Source: Trichoplax adhaerens
Lineage: Eukaryota > Animalia > Placozoa
Reading direction: 5' to 3'
Assembly: GCF_000150275.1 (NCBI RefSeq)
Contig: NW_002060968.1
Coordinates: 591,788-655,787, forward strand
DNA: 64,000 nt
Shown: in pieces, positions 27,456 to 42,305 of the stretch
Position numbering within the stretch: position 1 is the first letter of the stretch
Layout: each line of letters opens with the position of its first letter
Notes under the pieces: generated by a model
Databases searched by the model: none
What the model was told of the DNA's origin: nothing
Seen by the model: only the letters and a program-made list of their open reading frames with translations
Position numbers and translations under genes: made by a program

Positions 27456-29641
27456 NNNNNNNNNNNNNNNNNNNNNNNNNNNNNNNNNNNNNNNNNNNNN
27501 NNNNNTATGATGATAGCAGCTCTGAGCAAGGACAGATTTACTACAAATTGTCACAACCCTCACTTATGGCAAAGATTTTGTAATGAACTCTAGTGCAAGT
27601 GCTATCTCTAACTCCGGCTACTTTCCCTTATTTTCAGTCTCTATACATATTTTAAAAGTTGCTTTAATAGATTTATACAATTACTAAATATGTAAGAGTA
27701 AGTCAACATTCTGGAAGTTAAGGTGTTCAAACACTCTTCCTTCATCTATATTCACGCTTTAATTATAATATTATAGCCTAGCACACTTTACAGCCTTCCG
27801 TAAATTAACATGTAAGAATTTTTATATCACAATTCTACTGCCTAAGCATTAACTAATACATGCCTATTAAAACTAAATATTATAACACTTGACCTTATGC
27901 GGACTATTCTAAAATATTCATTATTTATTAATCAATAATCACTTGGCAAGTAACTCATTACTGTTACATCCTTGTAGTTGTAATAACTGCAAAAAAGGTT
28001 ATCAATCGCTAAGTATTTCTATATTCAATGCAATTTGTTTTCGTGCATTGACATGGCGCCAAAATTCTTTATAACTTCTTTAAATAAATACAATCATGGT
28101 TAAAGTACGCATGCTAAAGTTGTTCCACACCTAATGTTTTCTTATGTCATATGATTACCATTAACTAAAATATGGAAAGCCTTCCGATTGTCTAAACTGC
28201 AAATTAATTAATGCTGCTCTCAGCGAACAATAGTTGCGGTTACGAAAACAATACCTTCTCCACTGCTATTTACTTTGGCCTCGTTGATATAAAAGCATAG
28301 CAGAACATGAACGTTCTCGTCCCATCATTTTAACAGTGTTAATATTATTATTGGGTTAGGATACTCGCACAATCTTTATGACAGTCTTGATATTATTATT
28401 TGATTGGGATACTAGATATAAGATTCCACGTGTACTACAAGCACTTATATTCTAATTTGAGATAGCAGAAGAATAAACTATATTAGATAGTCATTTCAGA
28501 TTGCAACAGCAAAGCTTATAACTAGAGAAAGTTACAAAAATTACTAATAGTGAGAGTGAATACTGTAGCAAATCGCTACTCAAATCTGCGTGAGTATACT
28601 ATAACACTACAAGGTCTATCGTGCCATACTACTGTTTATACTGAAATATTTTACTCATCGTTAGTAAACAAGAGTACTTGTATTCAAATTAATCGCAAGT
28701 CGTCGGTCTTCTAGCAACATTTATTAATTATATATTACCAGTGCACTGGGTAACAGTTTTTTGGTGGCAATTTTTGGAGAGCTTCTCTAGACTAGATTTT
28801 TCTAAGATCTTGGGTGAGTAGACATAATGGTCGTGATAAAAACCACCTATTATTTGTTTATCATCTGCTAAACTCGCACAGTTAGCAATAGCAGCAATGA
28901 TTCAGAATTAAACTACTGTCTGTTACTATTACTATTACTTGGTTGTAGGTTAATAACAAATTCCACTGTTATCATGCACTAATTATTGACTTTCTATCCA
29001 TTTCACGACTTGACCACTTTTACAATAGAACTAAGACCTAGCTAACTTGTGCTGTAGCATTTCGCTATCATCAATGAGGCTATAACGTCCAATTAGCGAT
29101 CATTCTATAATTAGTAGAGGTGAAAATCGTACGCGTACACTAAGTGCCGTTTCGCACGAAAAGCGATTACTAGAAAATTATTTATAGTGAAGCCCGTGAG
29201 ATTCCATTACAACGGCAGCCATTAAAGTAGATATTTCGATCGGAAGTAAAGTAAGTAAGTCAATAACCGTTTAGAACGGTAGCGATATTATGTCATTTCA
29301 AGATCTAGATTTAACCACGTTTCAGTCCTGAAATCGGTCCATACATTGAGGCTGAAAAATTTTCTGATACCGTACTTAAGGATAAATTTACACTATGCCA
29401 GTAGCATTGTCCATTACTTACTCAAGCATGCAGTTTTTTATCTCATTGTAAATCCATAGAACTATTCTAAGTTTTACAGTAATTAATTCGTGATACTTCG
29501 CTAGGCCTAGTTCTGTAATATTTGATAATTCTACTTTTTACACCATTAAATTATAAAGAGAAAAACATGTCTATGACGTGTGTTGTACAGGTTATCTGGC
29601 TCAAATTTTCTAGTTTTGCTGACTTCTAGATCTGACCAAAG

Positions 29642-32600
29642 ATGAAAAGAAAACAAGCAGTACAAAAAAGCCGTAATAAAGCTTAAACAGTCAAAACTTC
29701 AGAAAACGTGGATAGTAAATATGCTGAATACGAGGCAAGAAATCATGTCGATCAACTACTTAAGTTAGATGAGCTGAGTCTTAATCTCTTTAGTAGCTTT
29801 ATCATTATTAACATATTATCAATCTTTAAATAAACTGCATGCTCAACTAGGAACAAATGATGTTGTTATGGGAAACAAGAAATAAGTTAAGGACTGAGTG
29901 CACTAAAGAAATGCTAAGAGAGATGCAATTTGCAAATTGTCGTACTACTTCATGTGAAGACACAGTAAGTTCAAAAATTATCATGAATTGATAATTAAGC
30001 ATATTGAGCTATATCGTCAATGTGGATTCGATTGTATTTATGAACTGAGCATCAGCAATTGACGTTGAAATAGAACTTAGAAAGTTGTGCTGATGGTATC
30101 GTATTTGGTGCATTCAAACCCTGTCCAGTCTGTAAAAGGTCAAACGTCGAATTCAGGTAATGGAATGTTTTTACAAACATATTAAGAACTTTACTACCTA
30201 TACAGGACTTAAGAAGGGAATAATAACGTTATTGTCGTATGAGAATAGCTTTAGCTTTCATCTAAATGAATTTTAAGTTACTTTTTGTAAAAAGCTTTTC
30301 CTAGTAAATCATTTTGAAGCAATTATGAGTAGTAGATTGTTTCATTTCGAATAGATAATTAACTGTGATCAAAAATTAAATTTTAGCGAAGATACCAATC
30401 GCTACCAGTGTCTTACTTGGGTAGGTGATAATCTATGTAAATATGTAACCGATACGCCCAAAAGAACAGCCTGGAAAATTCCTGACGAAATCAAGGCAAA
30501 ATCTTCATTTCTGTAAGATGCACGACAAACTGTATGACATTTACCATACTTTATAAAAGAACTTATGGAACACTTCTTAATAAATCTTGAAATATTACGT
30601 CAGTCATTTCTATTTAAATAAACGTCAAATCAAATGTTCGCATAAAGATATCTTTATAATCGTTATTTCCTAATCAGTGCATGTTTCTGGTATTAATTGT
30701 AGCGCAAACTATCGTTACATTGCTCGTGATCGAATTCATTGCTGGGCCGATAAATCTTGTCCTATTCCTGATGAAATGAGATGGAATATGTTGAGCAGGT
30801 ATGACAAATAATCAGGTTGCAAGAAATACGTAATCTCCGTAAATAATTGTTGTAAAGGATAACTAAATAACATAATGTTCAAGAAATCATTCTGTCAAGA
30901 TTTTTACCAAGATATAGCTCACAGATAGTTAGATTCTAATTTTGATAACAGCAGTTACTACCATACTAACTCAACAATTTGATTAACTTTTTGTAGATAT
31001 TCTATTTTGAAGATAAAGCCATTAGGCAGCCTACGCATTACAGCTGTAGGCAAGCTTAAAAAGAGTAATGTAATGCAATTTTAGTACTAGATTTATTTAT
31101 CTTTATTTACAAGTAAGCATTTGTATCGTACAAAGCCGAATTTAATAATATTCTCTAATATTTAGGACAACATCAAGGAAAAAATAATTAGCTTAGGAGG
31201 TATATTTTGTGATCAAATTTCCAAATATATCAATTTATGTATCAGTCAGCCTGGTTAGTAAACTATAGCTATCAATAATTTTATTTCCTTTACATTGGCA
31301 GCATTAAGTCTTTTATCAGATTGCATCTTAGCTGTGATTGTATTTTGATTTAGAATCACTTAATAAAGTCGAAAAACAGAAAATCGATAGTCTGGGCTTG
31401 CCATTAGTTTCGGATGAGTTCCTTGAAGTTATTAGAGATGGCAATCTAGATGAAGCTATATTAAAATATGGTATCAGCAATTGCACAACGGATAAGGCTA
31501 GAACTGTTTAATTGAAATAGGATAAAATAATTATATCTGTTTCACGTATGATATTTACTTAATGTTTCTGTTACTAGATATATTATATGTGTCTAATCAT
31601 CAAATTTAATATATATTTCAGGTTTCAAATATTAAAAAAAAGAGGCAAGGTAAAATTGAACCTTTAGCAGCCGATTAATCAACAATACATATTATGAGAT
31701 TAACTTCTTTTTTCCTTTGCTATCACTTTGTAGGATATTATTCAACAAATATTATTGATTTACGTGCAAATGGAAATGCAACCGTAGATCCCTATTGTGG
31801 TATTATTTTTAATGCATAGATTAAATAACTTGGTTAAAAATAGCAGTTACTGATTGGGATAGAAATCACTAAAAATCAAATAATCATGATATTTAATGAA
31901 TTATTGCTACACATCAATAGACAAAATAAATCTACTCACGCCATGCTAAGTAAATTCGCCTCTTACTAACTAAAAGGGACAAGATTAACTACCTCATAAA
32001 ATAGATCAGTTCTAACGACCGAGAACTATAGTATCTTTATAGCGTCACTAAGCCTACGTATCGTAACAATCGTATAAGGCAAAATTATATTAGATAACTC
32101 GATTTATACGTAGGATTTAAATCTGTGAATTAAATATTTGATAGGCTTACAAGATGACTATCATGTCATCGAAGATTCGAATAGGAACATTTACAGCATC
32201 GTACTTGAAAGGACCCCTTGCGAATTTCTTAAGATGCAGGCGCTAAAGCACAATCAATTGAATCAGTTGGTTACTCAATTTTTAGATATGATCTAATGCG
32301 AATTAAATCAACTCATTATATGACCGATTTTGCTTCCGGCTTCGTTTATGTACATGTCCTTTACTGAATTTTATCTAGACATTTTATGTATTTATATTTA
32401 ATAAAACCAATTATGTTATTTAAATAGCTGTTGTCTTGTCAAGATGAGAGATTATGAGACAGACCGAGCTAAAATTAAAATTGAAATTCAAGTTAGAAAT
32501 CAATCTCCTTCATTTTGTAGTGATAAAATATAATATGCTTGTTACAATTTTTATTCATTTGTAGAAAGAATTAAACAAAAACTATGCATCAATATGTTCA

Positions 32601-35600
32601 TGTTTCCGTGTCAATCAATTTTAGGACGGACTTGCGGAAATAGAAGCCAAAATGGCTTTCGATGCTAAATACTTTAAAAAAACGGGTCTGTGTAGAAAGT
32701 GTATTATCTTTATCTTTTAAACAATGTATATTTATCTAATATTGATTCTTCTTTTTATAGGTTATTCATTTACAAAAGAGACACGATGTAAGCGTATGGT
32801 ACAAAAGTTTTATCCTATTGGTACTGCATGCATTCCAGATGAGGTTTATAACGTCGTTAATTATGGAACTATCGTGTAACCGTATATAGTACTTCAATAG
32901 TTATAGATTTCATTGTTGATTTGATTTATTGTAGTGTAAAGTAATATTTAGTTATTTATACATAGGATTCAGAAGCGATTAAATTAGATAATAAGATATC
33001 AGAGGCATTATGTAATAAAGTATGCCCCAAGGTTCAGAACTTACTGAAAGTAATTTTTAATGTCAAGTCGATTTCAGCCACTATGATGGAGCTTCAGGTA
33101 TTAATGATCGCTCGAAATGCAAATTAGAAGCTTCTTACTAAACTACGAAAAACTTTATCAGATATCAGATAATGTTGTCGCAATATTTATAGGTTGATGG
33201 AGCAAAATTGCCTCTGAATAATCTTACGGCTGAAAGAATAATGAAAGCAATAAAAATAATTCATCAACTCGAAGCGGTTAGTTGTACTTTAAAAATTAAT
33301 AATTTAAATTGTCCTGTCTTACGGTTTGGTTATAAAATTATATCGCTAATAGCTAGAAGATAAATTAGATTATGCTAAAAAGTAATTTTTCTAAGCAACA
33401 TAGTTATAGTAGATACAGTAGTCAAATAATTTTTTATACTGCTCAGCTTTCAACTAAAACTGATTTAAAAAAGCAAGAAAGACTACGCAAGGTTACAAAG
33501 TTGAAGCAGAAATTTTATGGTATTCTTCCTATGGAATTAAGTGTTCATGGTTGTCGTGCGTTCGATGACGTATCTGATATGCGAGTAAATTTTATAGAGA
33601 TATTATTATACTGAATTAAGAAACATAAATCCTTTATACGTATTTATTTAGCAGACATAAATTTAAATTTGCTTGTAAATAGAAAATTAAGATTATTAAT
33701 GAGCATTTCTTTATCTTATACTTTGTTCTGTAGAAGATAAAAAATACGTTTAAGCATATTTTCGACATTTCAGTAGCTTATGATCAGATTCAAAAAGTTG
33801 AAAATGTTAAAAAAGATCCAATTTACAAATTATATCAGAGCTTAAACACAGAACTAGAGGTATGTCATATGAATTTAAGCATAGAGACTTTAATTTTTGT
33901 TTTAGTGACTATAATTATATCTCAATTGAATTTACATACTTTATCTTGCATTTAAAACTCTTAAGCTGGTAGAAAAAGATAGTGAAGAATTTAATATGAT
34001 TGTAGAATACGGTAGCAAAACCTGTGGAGCACCTAGAGAGCAGTATTACCAATTGAAAATTGAAGAGGTTGTTGACCTAATAATGTGATTTGTGAATTTG
34101 CGTTTTAAATATAGATAATGGAGTAACTCTTGAACAATTTGAGAAAGTAATTGTGTATATATAACTTAATGAACAGATATATAAGATAAAGAATCATGAA
34201 AGCCACAAAAAGTACGAAAAATTTTACAGGTTGGGTAATCGAATGCTGCTGTGGAAGGGAAATCGTTTAATTAATTATGGTCGAATATTCAAAAAAGGTA
34301 TCCAACCAATGGCAGCAATCGGCTACCTAAGCGTAAGTATGAAGCTTAGAATTTAAATTCAAATGTAGAGCAAAGAAAATGATANNNNNNNNNNNNNNNN
34401 NNNNNNNNNNNNNNNNNNNNNNNNNNNNNNNNNNNNNNNNNNNNNNNNNNNNNNNNNNNNNNNNNNNNNNNNNNNNNNNNNNNNNNNNNNNNNNNNNNNN
34501 NNNNNNNNNNNNNNNNNNNNNNNNNNNNNNNNNNNNNNNNNNNNNNNNNNNNNNNNNNNNNNNNNNNNNNNNNNNNNNNNNNNNNNNNNNNNNNNNNNNN
34601 NNNNNNNNNNNNNNNNNNNNNNNNNNNNNNNNNNNNNNNNNNNNNNNNNNNNNNNNNNNNNNNNNNNNNNNNNNNNNNNNNNNNNNNNNNNNNNNNNNNN
34701 NNNNNNNNNNNNNNNNNNNNNNNNNNNNNNNNNNNNNNNNNNNNNNNNNNNNNNNNNNNNNNNNNNNNNNNNNNNNNNNNNNNNNNNNNNNNNNNNNNNN
34801 NNNNNNNNNNNNNNNNNNNNNNNNNNNNNNNNNNNNNNNNNNNNNNNNNNNNNNNNNNNNNNNNNNNNNNNNNNNNNNNNNNNNNNNNNNNNNNNNNNNN
34901 NNNNNNNNNNNNNNNNNNNNCCTGATAACTAAATGTAACGTAGTAGCGAGAAAAATTTCATTCTAATATAGCATTTAGTGATTTCAACTAATTACAGTAG
35001 TGTGTTGATATCAAGTCGATTAGATGAAGCAGCTATCGATGTATTTAAAAAATTTTCTAAAATATTCGAAAACGTATTAATTTGCAATTTTAAATAACCA
35101 TAATTGACATGAATAAACATTTCTATGTAGTGGAAAAATAATAATTTAGAAAAAGGAATTGATTTCTCAGGTAGGTAGATATATTTCATTCTCTAAAATG
35201 TAGAATTTGTTCATACTATTGCATTCTGAGTGGAAAATATTTTTATATTTTGAATATTTGCTGTAGATATGATGTGGAAGGTAATGAAACTCGTAACTTG
35301 CCTTCGTTAGAAATAATGACGATTCTCTAATATAAATCCAATCCAAATGTGTAGACTTAAAGCTTCAATACTCTTAACAAATCTTAATAGGCAGTGCTAG
35401 ATTGCGAAGCTACTTATACAAATTCTACTGGATTACTATTACTGTGTGAAGTCGCCCTCGGCAGAACGTATGTCAATCATAAATACTGCAATTATAGTTG
35501 ATCACGTGATATTTAGGCATATTTGCTCTTCTAGTATTATTGAATTTAAAATAATTTAGTAATTCAAACTGTTGTAATCATCATTGCTCCTATTTGTTGC

Positions 35601-36058
35601 TACTATTAGCTCAGATGACCTGTCGGATGTTAATAAGACACACTCAACAGCTGATAGTTTTAAATGTAAGCTGCTTAAATTAAGCTAAGATCAACTTGAA
35701 TAATTTATAGAAATGGTGCTTTGGCTTGCATTTATAAGGTATTGCTAAATTTATACTGCAGATATCGGTCAGGTAGGACCAGATCTATCTGGAAATATAA
35801 TACTTGAAAATGAAGTAATTATGCCAGTAGGAGACATTGACAAATCTAATTACTATGGGAACACAAACCAGTATCCTGATATACTATATGTTTGATATAT
35901 AATTATAAAATGATTAAAGACTATTTTTATAGATATTATAAACTTTCATTTTCTTTGACGATATTGTTAACAGATATATAGTATATAATTCTAGCCAAGT
36001 AAAACTCATTTATGTGGTACAAGTCAAATTTGATTTCATCGATGTTGTGAAAGATTAA
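29642..36058 (+). pseudogene. Second PARP1-like paralogue, probably disabled or N-terminally truncated
   Basis: Same exon structure as 18694-25237. AAA>TAA at codon 15 (29684-29686), GC instead of GT donors at ~29735 and 31497, and LWKGNR, KGIDFS, NQYIVY motifs. Downstream exons examined are open. Confidence 0.75.
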
Positions 36059-36568
36059 AATTAGTTGTAGTCAATATAATCAATAGAAACATTATTACAA
36101 TTAGCGCAATAATACCGTGGTTAGTATTAAAATCGAAATTTGTGCACAATGTAATGTCGATTAAATGCACTTTGATCGAATCTTAGGCAATCAGTATATA
36201 ATTACTGCAATTCGTAGGAAACCTTCAGTTTTAAGAGTAGAATAGGCCTTTGTTACAGAAACATCTTAAAGTACAAATCTTATAATTCATTAATTAATAT
36301 GTATTAAACAGCAGCTACGTCCCAATACGGTGCATTTAATTACTATAAAAACCTCTACCTATTCAGTTATATAGCTTATTATAACTAAATGTAGTTGAAG
36401 TATTATTAGCATTTTGATCACGTGGATGTTACTGTTTTTTAATACGAAGTCCAAAAACAATACTTTAGACAAGAAATGAGGAAAAAGTAGAATAATAAAC
36501 AAAAAAATTTGGGGAGTATATTTCCTAATAAATTTACGAGCTCTAAGCTAAGAATAGAAGTTAAGAAT

Positions 36569-36826
36569 TGTTACGGAGCTTGATGCTCTTTGATAGTTAT
36601 ATTATAATAGCTAGTAGTAATCTAAGATAGTAGAATTACTGTAAAAATTATAAATAATATTGCAAAATACTTTCATGTGATTAAAAATATTATTAAAGAT
36701 TGTTTAGTAATCAATTTATATAATCCAGCTTAAGTTAAACTATGATAAGTCTCCTAAGTCAGTTGGGGACACGAGTACTAGTGACGTTAGTTTTTAAGAC
36801 CCATATACAAATCCAGAGTTGTAACA
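36569..36826 (+). mobile_element. LTR-like segment followed by a possible PBS and decayed ORF
   Basis: TGTTACGG...TGTAACA, then TATGGT and MSCSACNEH. The terminus is shared with 13590 and the downstream motif with ~52265. Confidence 0.4.
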
Positions 36827-37574
36827 TATGGTAAATTATGTTAATTAAATATTGCGCTATGTCTTGTAGTGCTTGTAATGAACATCCTGAAATTCTTCAG
36901 CTCGGTAGAATAATCTAAAGCACATTAATACTTATAAATGAAAAAGAGCCAACAGTTAAGCGAGAAGAAATTAACGGACTCCAGTGGCGATCTATAACCA
37001 ATTTTTTTTTTAAGTCGATGCCTTATAGTCAACAGAAGGTCCTATGAAGACTTAGTTAAGACAAGTTATAAGCAATAAATGCAATCATAAACCAGTAATA
37101 ATTATTAAAATTTAACGGTATAGTTCACATGAAGCTTGCTAAATTTTTATGCTATAGAGTGTTATTGAAGAATTTAGAGTAAGTGATAATTTTTAGCTAA
37201 AAGAAACACATTCCAGGTCAATAGTGTTATTACATTTTAGTAATAAACTTATTTACCACCATTTAAAATACGAGACCCAAACTAATTGAACTTTTCATGA
37301 GTGGAGAACAGTGATAACACGTTGCCTTTCTTTTCTGTATGCTACCTTTAACACTAAGATATTCGAGTACAATCTAAAATCAAAATTTTTGTCCATTCAA
37401 TATCTCAAAAAAGTTTAGCAAATACAAGATAGAATGAAAGGTATTTAGTATGGTTAACTAATTTTAAATCAGAATTATTCATATCAGGCTAGTATTGAGA
37501 AGTAAAGGCATATTTTATAAATAATTTTATCATTTTTTAAAATCGTCTACCAACTTTTAGGGATAAAAAGTTAT

Positions 37575-38556
37575 TATTGGTTATTTCGACTTTTTATTAG
37601 CGATAAACTAAAACAAGTTCTAAATCTACGAATCAACAATTTAAATTCATCTTTGAAATTGATGCTAGCAAAGTTATATAAAATAGATTCAATATACCAG
37701 GGATAAACATTACTACCGTAGTTACACGAAACAACATGGAATATTTAGAGACTAGCATATTGGTAAAATTTGGATTATAAGACTTTTGAAATGAAATCCA
37801 GACATAATTAAGAGCATAGGGTATAATGCCACAAGCAGAGAGCGTACTGATAATTAATAACGAAATTATACTTGAATTTCGTTTTTTAATAGTTTGTAAT
37901 TTATATCTCGAGTTTTCGATTGGATGATTTATATTGTACAATTTAATAATGATGCATGTATAACATACAACGATGATCGAAGGGGGTAATAAAGAAGTTA
38001 ATACGGCAAAAATTGCTGATGAAACTAAACTGGGATTGAAATGAGTTTGAGAAAGTAATCCAGAGCAGTCAATTAAGTCTCGGTGATCATAATCGGTAAC
38101 AAAAATGATTATTGTTGCACTTACAAGTGCAAAGAACCAGATGGCAATAATAATAAAGTTCATTTTATTTCTATTAATTGATCCAGTAAGTGAATGAATA
38201 ATGCCGCTATATCTTTCTATTCTAATTGCAGCTAATGTTATCAATAAATTTGATATAGCTACTGCTGCAATAAAAATGGGTAATGCCGCAAAAGGTTCTT
38301 GACGTTATTACGCAGTGGTTGCCTTATATCGGACAAAAAAATCATAGCTGACAGNNNNNNNNNNNNNNNNNNNNNNNNNNNNNNNNNNNNNNNNNNNNNN
38401 NNNNNAGGTTGTCGAAGTCGTTTACTGTTTGATATGAGTGAGCAAACAACGATATTGAAGATTGTACTAATAATATTGACAAGCAAGACGCATAAAACCA
38501 AGTCGAAATGTTAATTAATGATTTGACCGCTGGTCGAAATTGGAGAAATTTGCCAT
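37575..38556 (-). pseudogene. Class A GPCR pseudogene
   Basis: MANFS start followed by a stop/frameshift; FNIVVC..LRQP, IERY, DC, PP..CY; frameshift at TM7 (N..LYNFAS..FK). Includes an N-gap. Confidence 0.82.
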
Positions 38557-39919
38557 ACTTGATAGTTGTAAAAGCTCTAACCCTATGTCTACCTTTGTAG
38601 ATAATTCATAAGCTTGACAGAGAAGTTTAAAGTGCAAATATATCGATTTAAGGCCTTGGGATAACAAATATACGATCGCAAAGTTATTTAAATTCCTAAT
38701 CATACTTATATTTTTTGTATTATAAATAGATAATTAATCAATTAATCATCACACATGGTATAACCATGTCTAAAAACAACATTGTAGTCAACAAAATTGT
38801 GCTAGTATTAATTTTATTATGTACTACTCAATCCACGATTTCTTAAAGATAAATAAACATTTATCCTTATCTTACTCATGGTAATCATTAATAGTATGTA
38901 AAAATATTGAATATAGTTTGATTCGATTACAATAGAATAGGAATAAGTTTGTTTTCCCTTACTGAGGATCGCCAGAATTAGTTGGAGAACCATAATAGTA
39001 GATAGGCTAGATTAGTTACGATCACGAAAGTTGTTTTGTGACAGTCATTTTTTGTACTAGTTATATTTTGTAAGTTACTATAAGCTCCTACCGAATTATA
39101 GTACTAATTGTAATTTATTCTTCCTAATGATAAAAATCATCGACAATTGTACTTTACAATAGCAGATTTTATTGGAGTAATTGAATTTTCGGGTTACAAG
39201 CTATACACCGACATTATGTTGGTAGCTATACAAAGCTAAACAGCTATATTAATGAAACGAGTTAATCTCGTAACTGTAATTCACAGCTGCATTCAATTAA
39301 TTTCAATGTAAAGTTGCCCTGCGAAGCTGTTATGATTAGTCAACATATGTTTAACTTAACAAAATTTAATCAATGAAATCATGCTAATCATGAACTCTAA
39401 ACGTTCTTTAAGTAAGATGAAAAGGAAAATTAGCTACCAATGATTATGAACCTTAAGTATAAATGCTAATTAGCCCATATTAAACCGTAACTTCTGTCAA
39501 CTCCAAATTTATTTGCATGACCAGATAACTTGTAATCAAGGGGCCTGCCGCCTATTCTTGTTTGCATTTTTAATTATCCATAATGTTAATTGAAATCATC
39601 GTGCGTACTTTATAATTATCAGTAGAATTGCGTAAATATGCTAAACTGTTGAAGACATATTAATTACGTCATAAAATTAGTCAAATTCAGCATTTCAGAG
39701 GCATACAAGCTAGAGTATTTTTAAAATAGAATATACGAATGAGAATAATACAAAGTAAGAGGGTAGTATCAGATTACTTATATTGAATTCTGATCAAAAA
39801 TTAGCTAAATCAAAATATCAATCTCTTAATGCAAAGAAAAAAAAATAATATATTAAGATTAAGACATCTCTTAGCCATTTTTATGCGATACAACTTATTT
39901 TAAGTAGCCCTTTCTGGCA

Positions 39920-40693
39920 TTTATAAGAAGTTAACTTAAATTTGGAATTAACTTGAAGAAGGTTCTCCTAAAATCGGCACTTGAAAAATTATATACAATT
40001 TTTTTGTCTTTTCATCGATTTCATGACTTTGACTTTATAGATAGAATTACCAAGTAGCGGACTATTTCTATACAATGTTAATGTGATCTTAACGTAGCAA
40101 AATAACATCCCCCAAAGAAGAAATTAAAACTGCTTAAATGTCAAAATGACTGATAAAATAAATGTTGTTAAGTACAAGTTGAAATAAAATAGTAGAAAAA
40201 CCAATAATCTGATAGCTATCGTAAGCAAGCACCATAATCGCATTTCTGAATAAATAAAAGTATAGATCCAAATACCAATAAAATTTATCCAAATTTTATC
40301 TTTACTAACCGTTACAAATATCGTATATATTATTCTGCGATACCTTACGAATGAGAAAATAGACAAGATAGTAATAAGATTGGATGTAGGCACTACAGAA
40401 ATATAATTGGCTACAATTCCAAAGTTCTGATAATTTTTCTGCCATGAGGGATTCTTTTGCATGATTGTCAGAGCTAACAGGCAGCATTGTATGAGCACTT
40501 GCTGCTAAACAAATCAAAATATCCGTGATTGTTAAACTAGTAATAATAATGTGTAGTAATGGTTGAAGATCATTATTGGAAATCACCAAGTAGCACTCAA
40601 TTATGTCAAATAAAATCCCAATAAAACCGACACTGAGTGTGACCACTACTAAAAACTAATTCAAAATTCATTTATGGAAAAACTTTCATTCAT
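39920..40693 (-). pseudogene. Heavily decayed class A GPCR pseudogene
   Basis: MNESF start with stops; GILFDIIEC..LQP..SLTITD, VRYRRII, IW; jumps from KRQKNC to LYNFSS, so TM6-7 appear deleted. Confidence 0.75.
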
Positions 40694-41033
40694 TAGATTA
40701 AATATTTTATATACGTAATGATAAACTATCTCGCCATTACAAGAATCTTAAATTCAGTTTAATCAATTTAAATCAAATTATAAATGATCAACTAATGGTG
40801 ATCAATAGACCTTCGATTGCAAGGTTTCCTAAGCTTGCGGAGATGATCGGTAAAGGTTCATTAATGGAACTATACTTGTTTGTTATACTTCATATTTCTT
40901 ATAAAAATAAATTATTGGCGATTGCATTATCTTTTAAAGTCGTACCAAATAAAATTGCAACCAATTCTGCCATAATCATTCGTAAAGAAAATATAGAGAG
41001 ATTACTTGCTATTCTACATAGATTAGGAAAAGT

Positions 41034-42293
41034 CTAAATGAAGATATCTATCTACTACCTCATAAAGCAGTAACAGAAATACGAGGTAACTTAATGAAAG
41101 ATAATTGATCATCATATAATGCAACTGATGCTATAACATTAGTAAATAACGGTTTATCACTTTTTATAAGTGCTCAATACCAAATTAATAATCATACTGT
41201 TGAAGAAATCAACGATTGGCTCCCATATGCATCTACAATTTTAAATTTAGTCTTGTATAGTGATGATTACAGTAGAAGTATTGCAACTAATGTTATGGTA
41301 TCGTGATACAGCTACAGGTAAACCAAATATGACAGAGTCATTCCCTGCGAGTATTGCTAGTGACGTTGCTACTGTAAAAGGCAAATAAATTCGAGATATG
41401 AAATCAGTCACAAATACTCAATATAACAGAGGTATTCATGCAAGACAGCTATTAACAACAGGAGATAAAACAGATATCACTTTTAATACCTCTAAGTTCT
41501 ATATTTGGATTCTGCAAAGATATTGATACAGTGTTTATAGGTGTGAAAGATACTTTACAATTCGATAGAGCTGTAACAAAAAACTATATTATAAAAGATA
41601 GTAATGTTGGTGACGGAAATTTTAAAAATATCACATGTTTCAATGTGGATGCCTAAAGTAACTCCATCATCAGAAGTAGCTGACCAATTGGAGGCCAAAC
41701 TTGTTAGTGGATACATTAGTAATCTTTACTTTGAGCAAGTTAAAGTTTATATGACACAATACGCAGCTAATCAAACATCTCCTACCTAGAGAATTACTAT
41801 ACAACCTGGAACAGAATTACCACGTCATATTATCATTGTATTTCAATCTACTGAACGAGAAAATAATCAAAACACGAATATTATGATATTTGATAATGCA
41901 GATGCAAGGCGTATTTCAGCTAGAATTTACTCGATTCAATACCCTGAAAGAGAGATAGAATGCAACTTTCATCCATCCAATAGAAATTACAGTTGACCTT
42001 ATATGATGTTTATGGAGGCAATCAATAAATATCAAGATACAGATACTGGTTCACAGTTATCAGCTGAAAATTGGGCAAATTTGTATCCTATATTCCATTT
42101 CGATGTATCGAAACATAATGAACGGTTAAAAAATAGTCCAGTAGATATTGAAGTAAAATGGACTTTAGGGGAAAATTTTAAGAGTATGAATGATAACAGT
42201 AATGATGTCCCATATTATGTTTATGCTGTCGTTTTGACTGATAGATATTTGAAACTACATGGATTAGGAAGAGGAATGAATGTTGCTGTATAA
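41034..42293 (+). pseudogene. Polinton-type double jelly-roll major capsid protein (PY/hexon), disrupted
   Basis: DIYLLPH..EIRG..LVNNGLSLF..YQIN, IPLSSIFGFCKD, HVSMWMPKVTPS, ELPRHIIIVFQ..FDNA..QYPE, LYPIFHFDVSKHNERLKNSPVDIEV..YAVVLTDR; several stops and frameshifts. Confidence 0.82.
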
Positions 42294-42305
42294 GGCTATA
42301 TTATT

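Noticed and set aside
34379-34966. 195 aa ORF
   Set aside because: Almost entirely an N-gap inside a PARP intron.
40795-41037. 80 aa ORF preceding the capsid remnant
   Set aside because: No capsid or other motif; it lies in the upstream region of the GPCR pseudogene.
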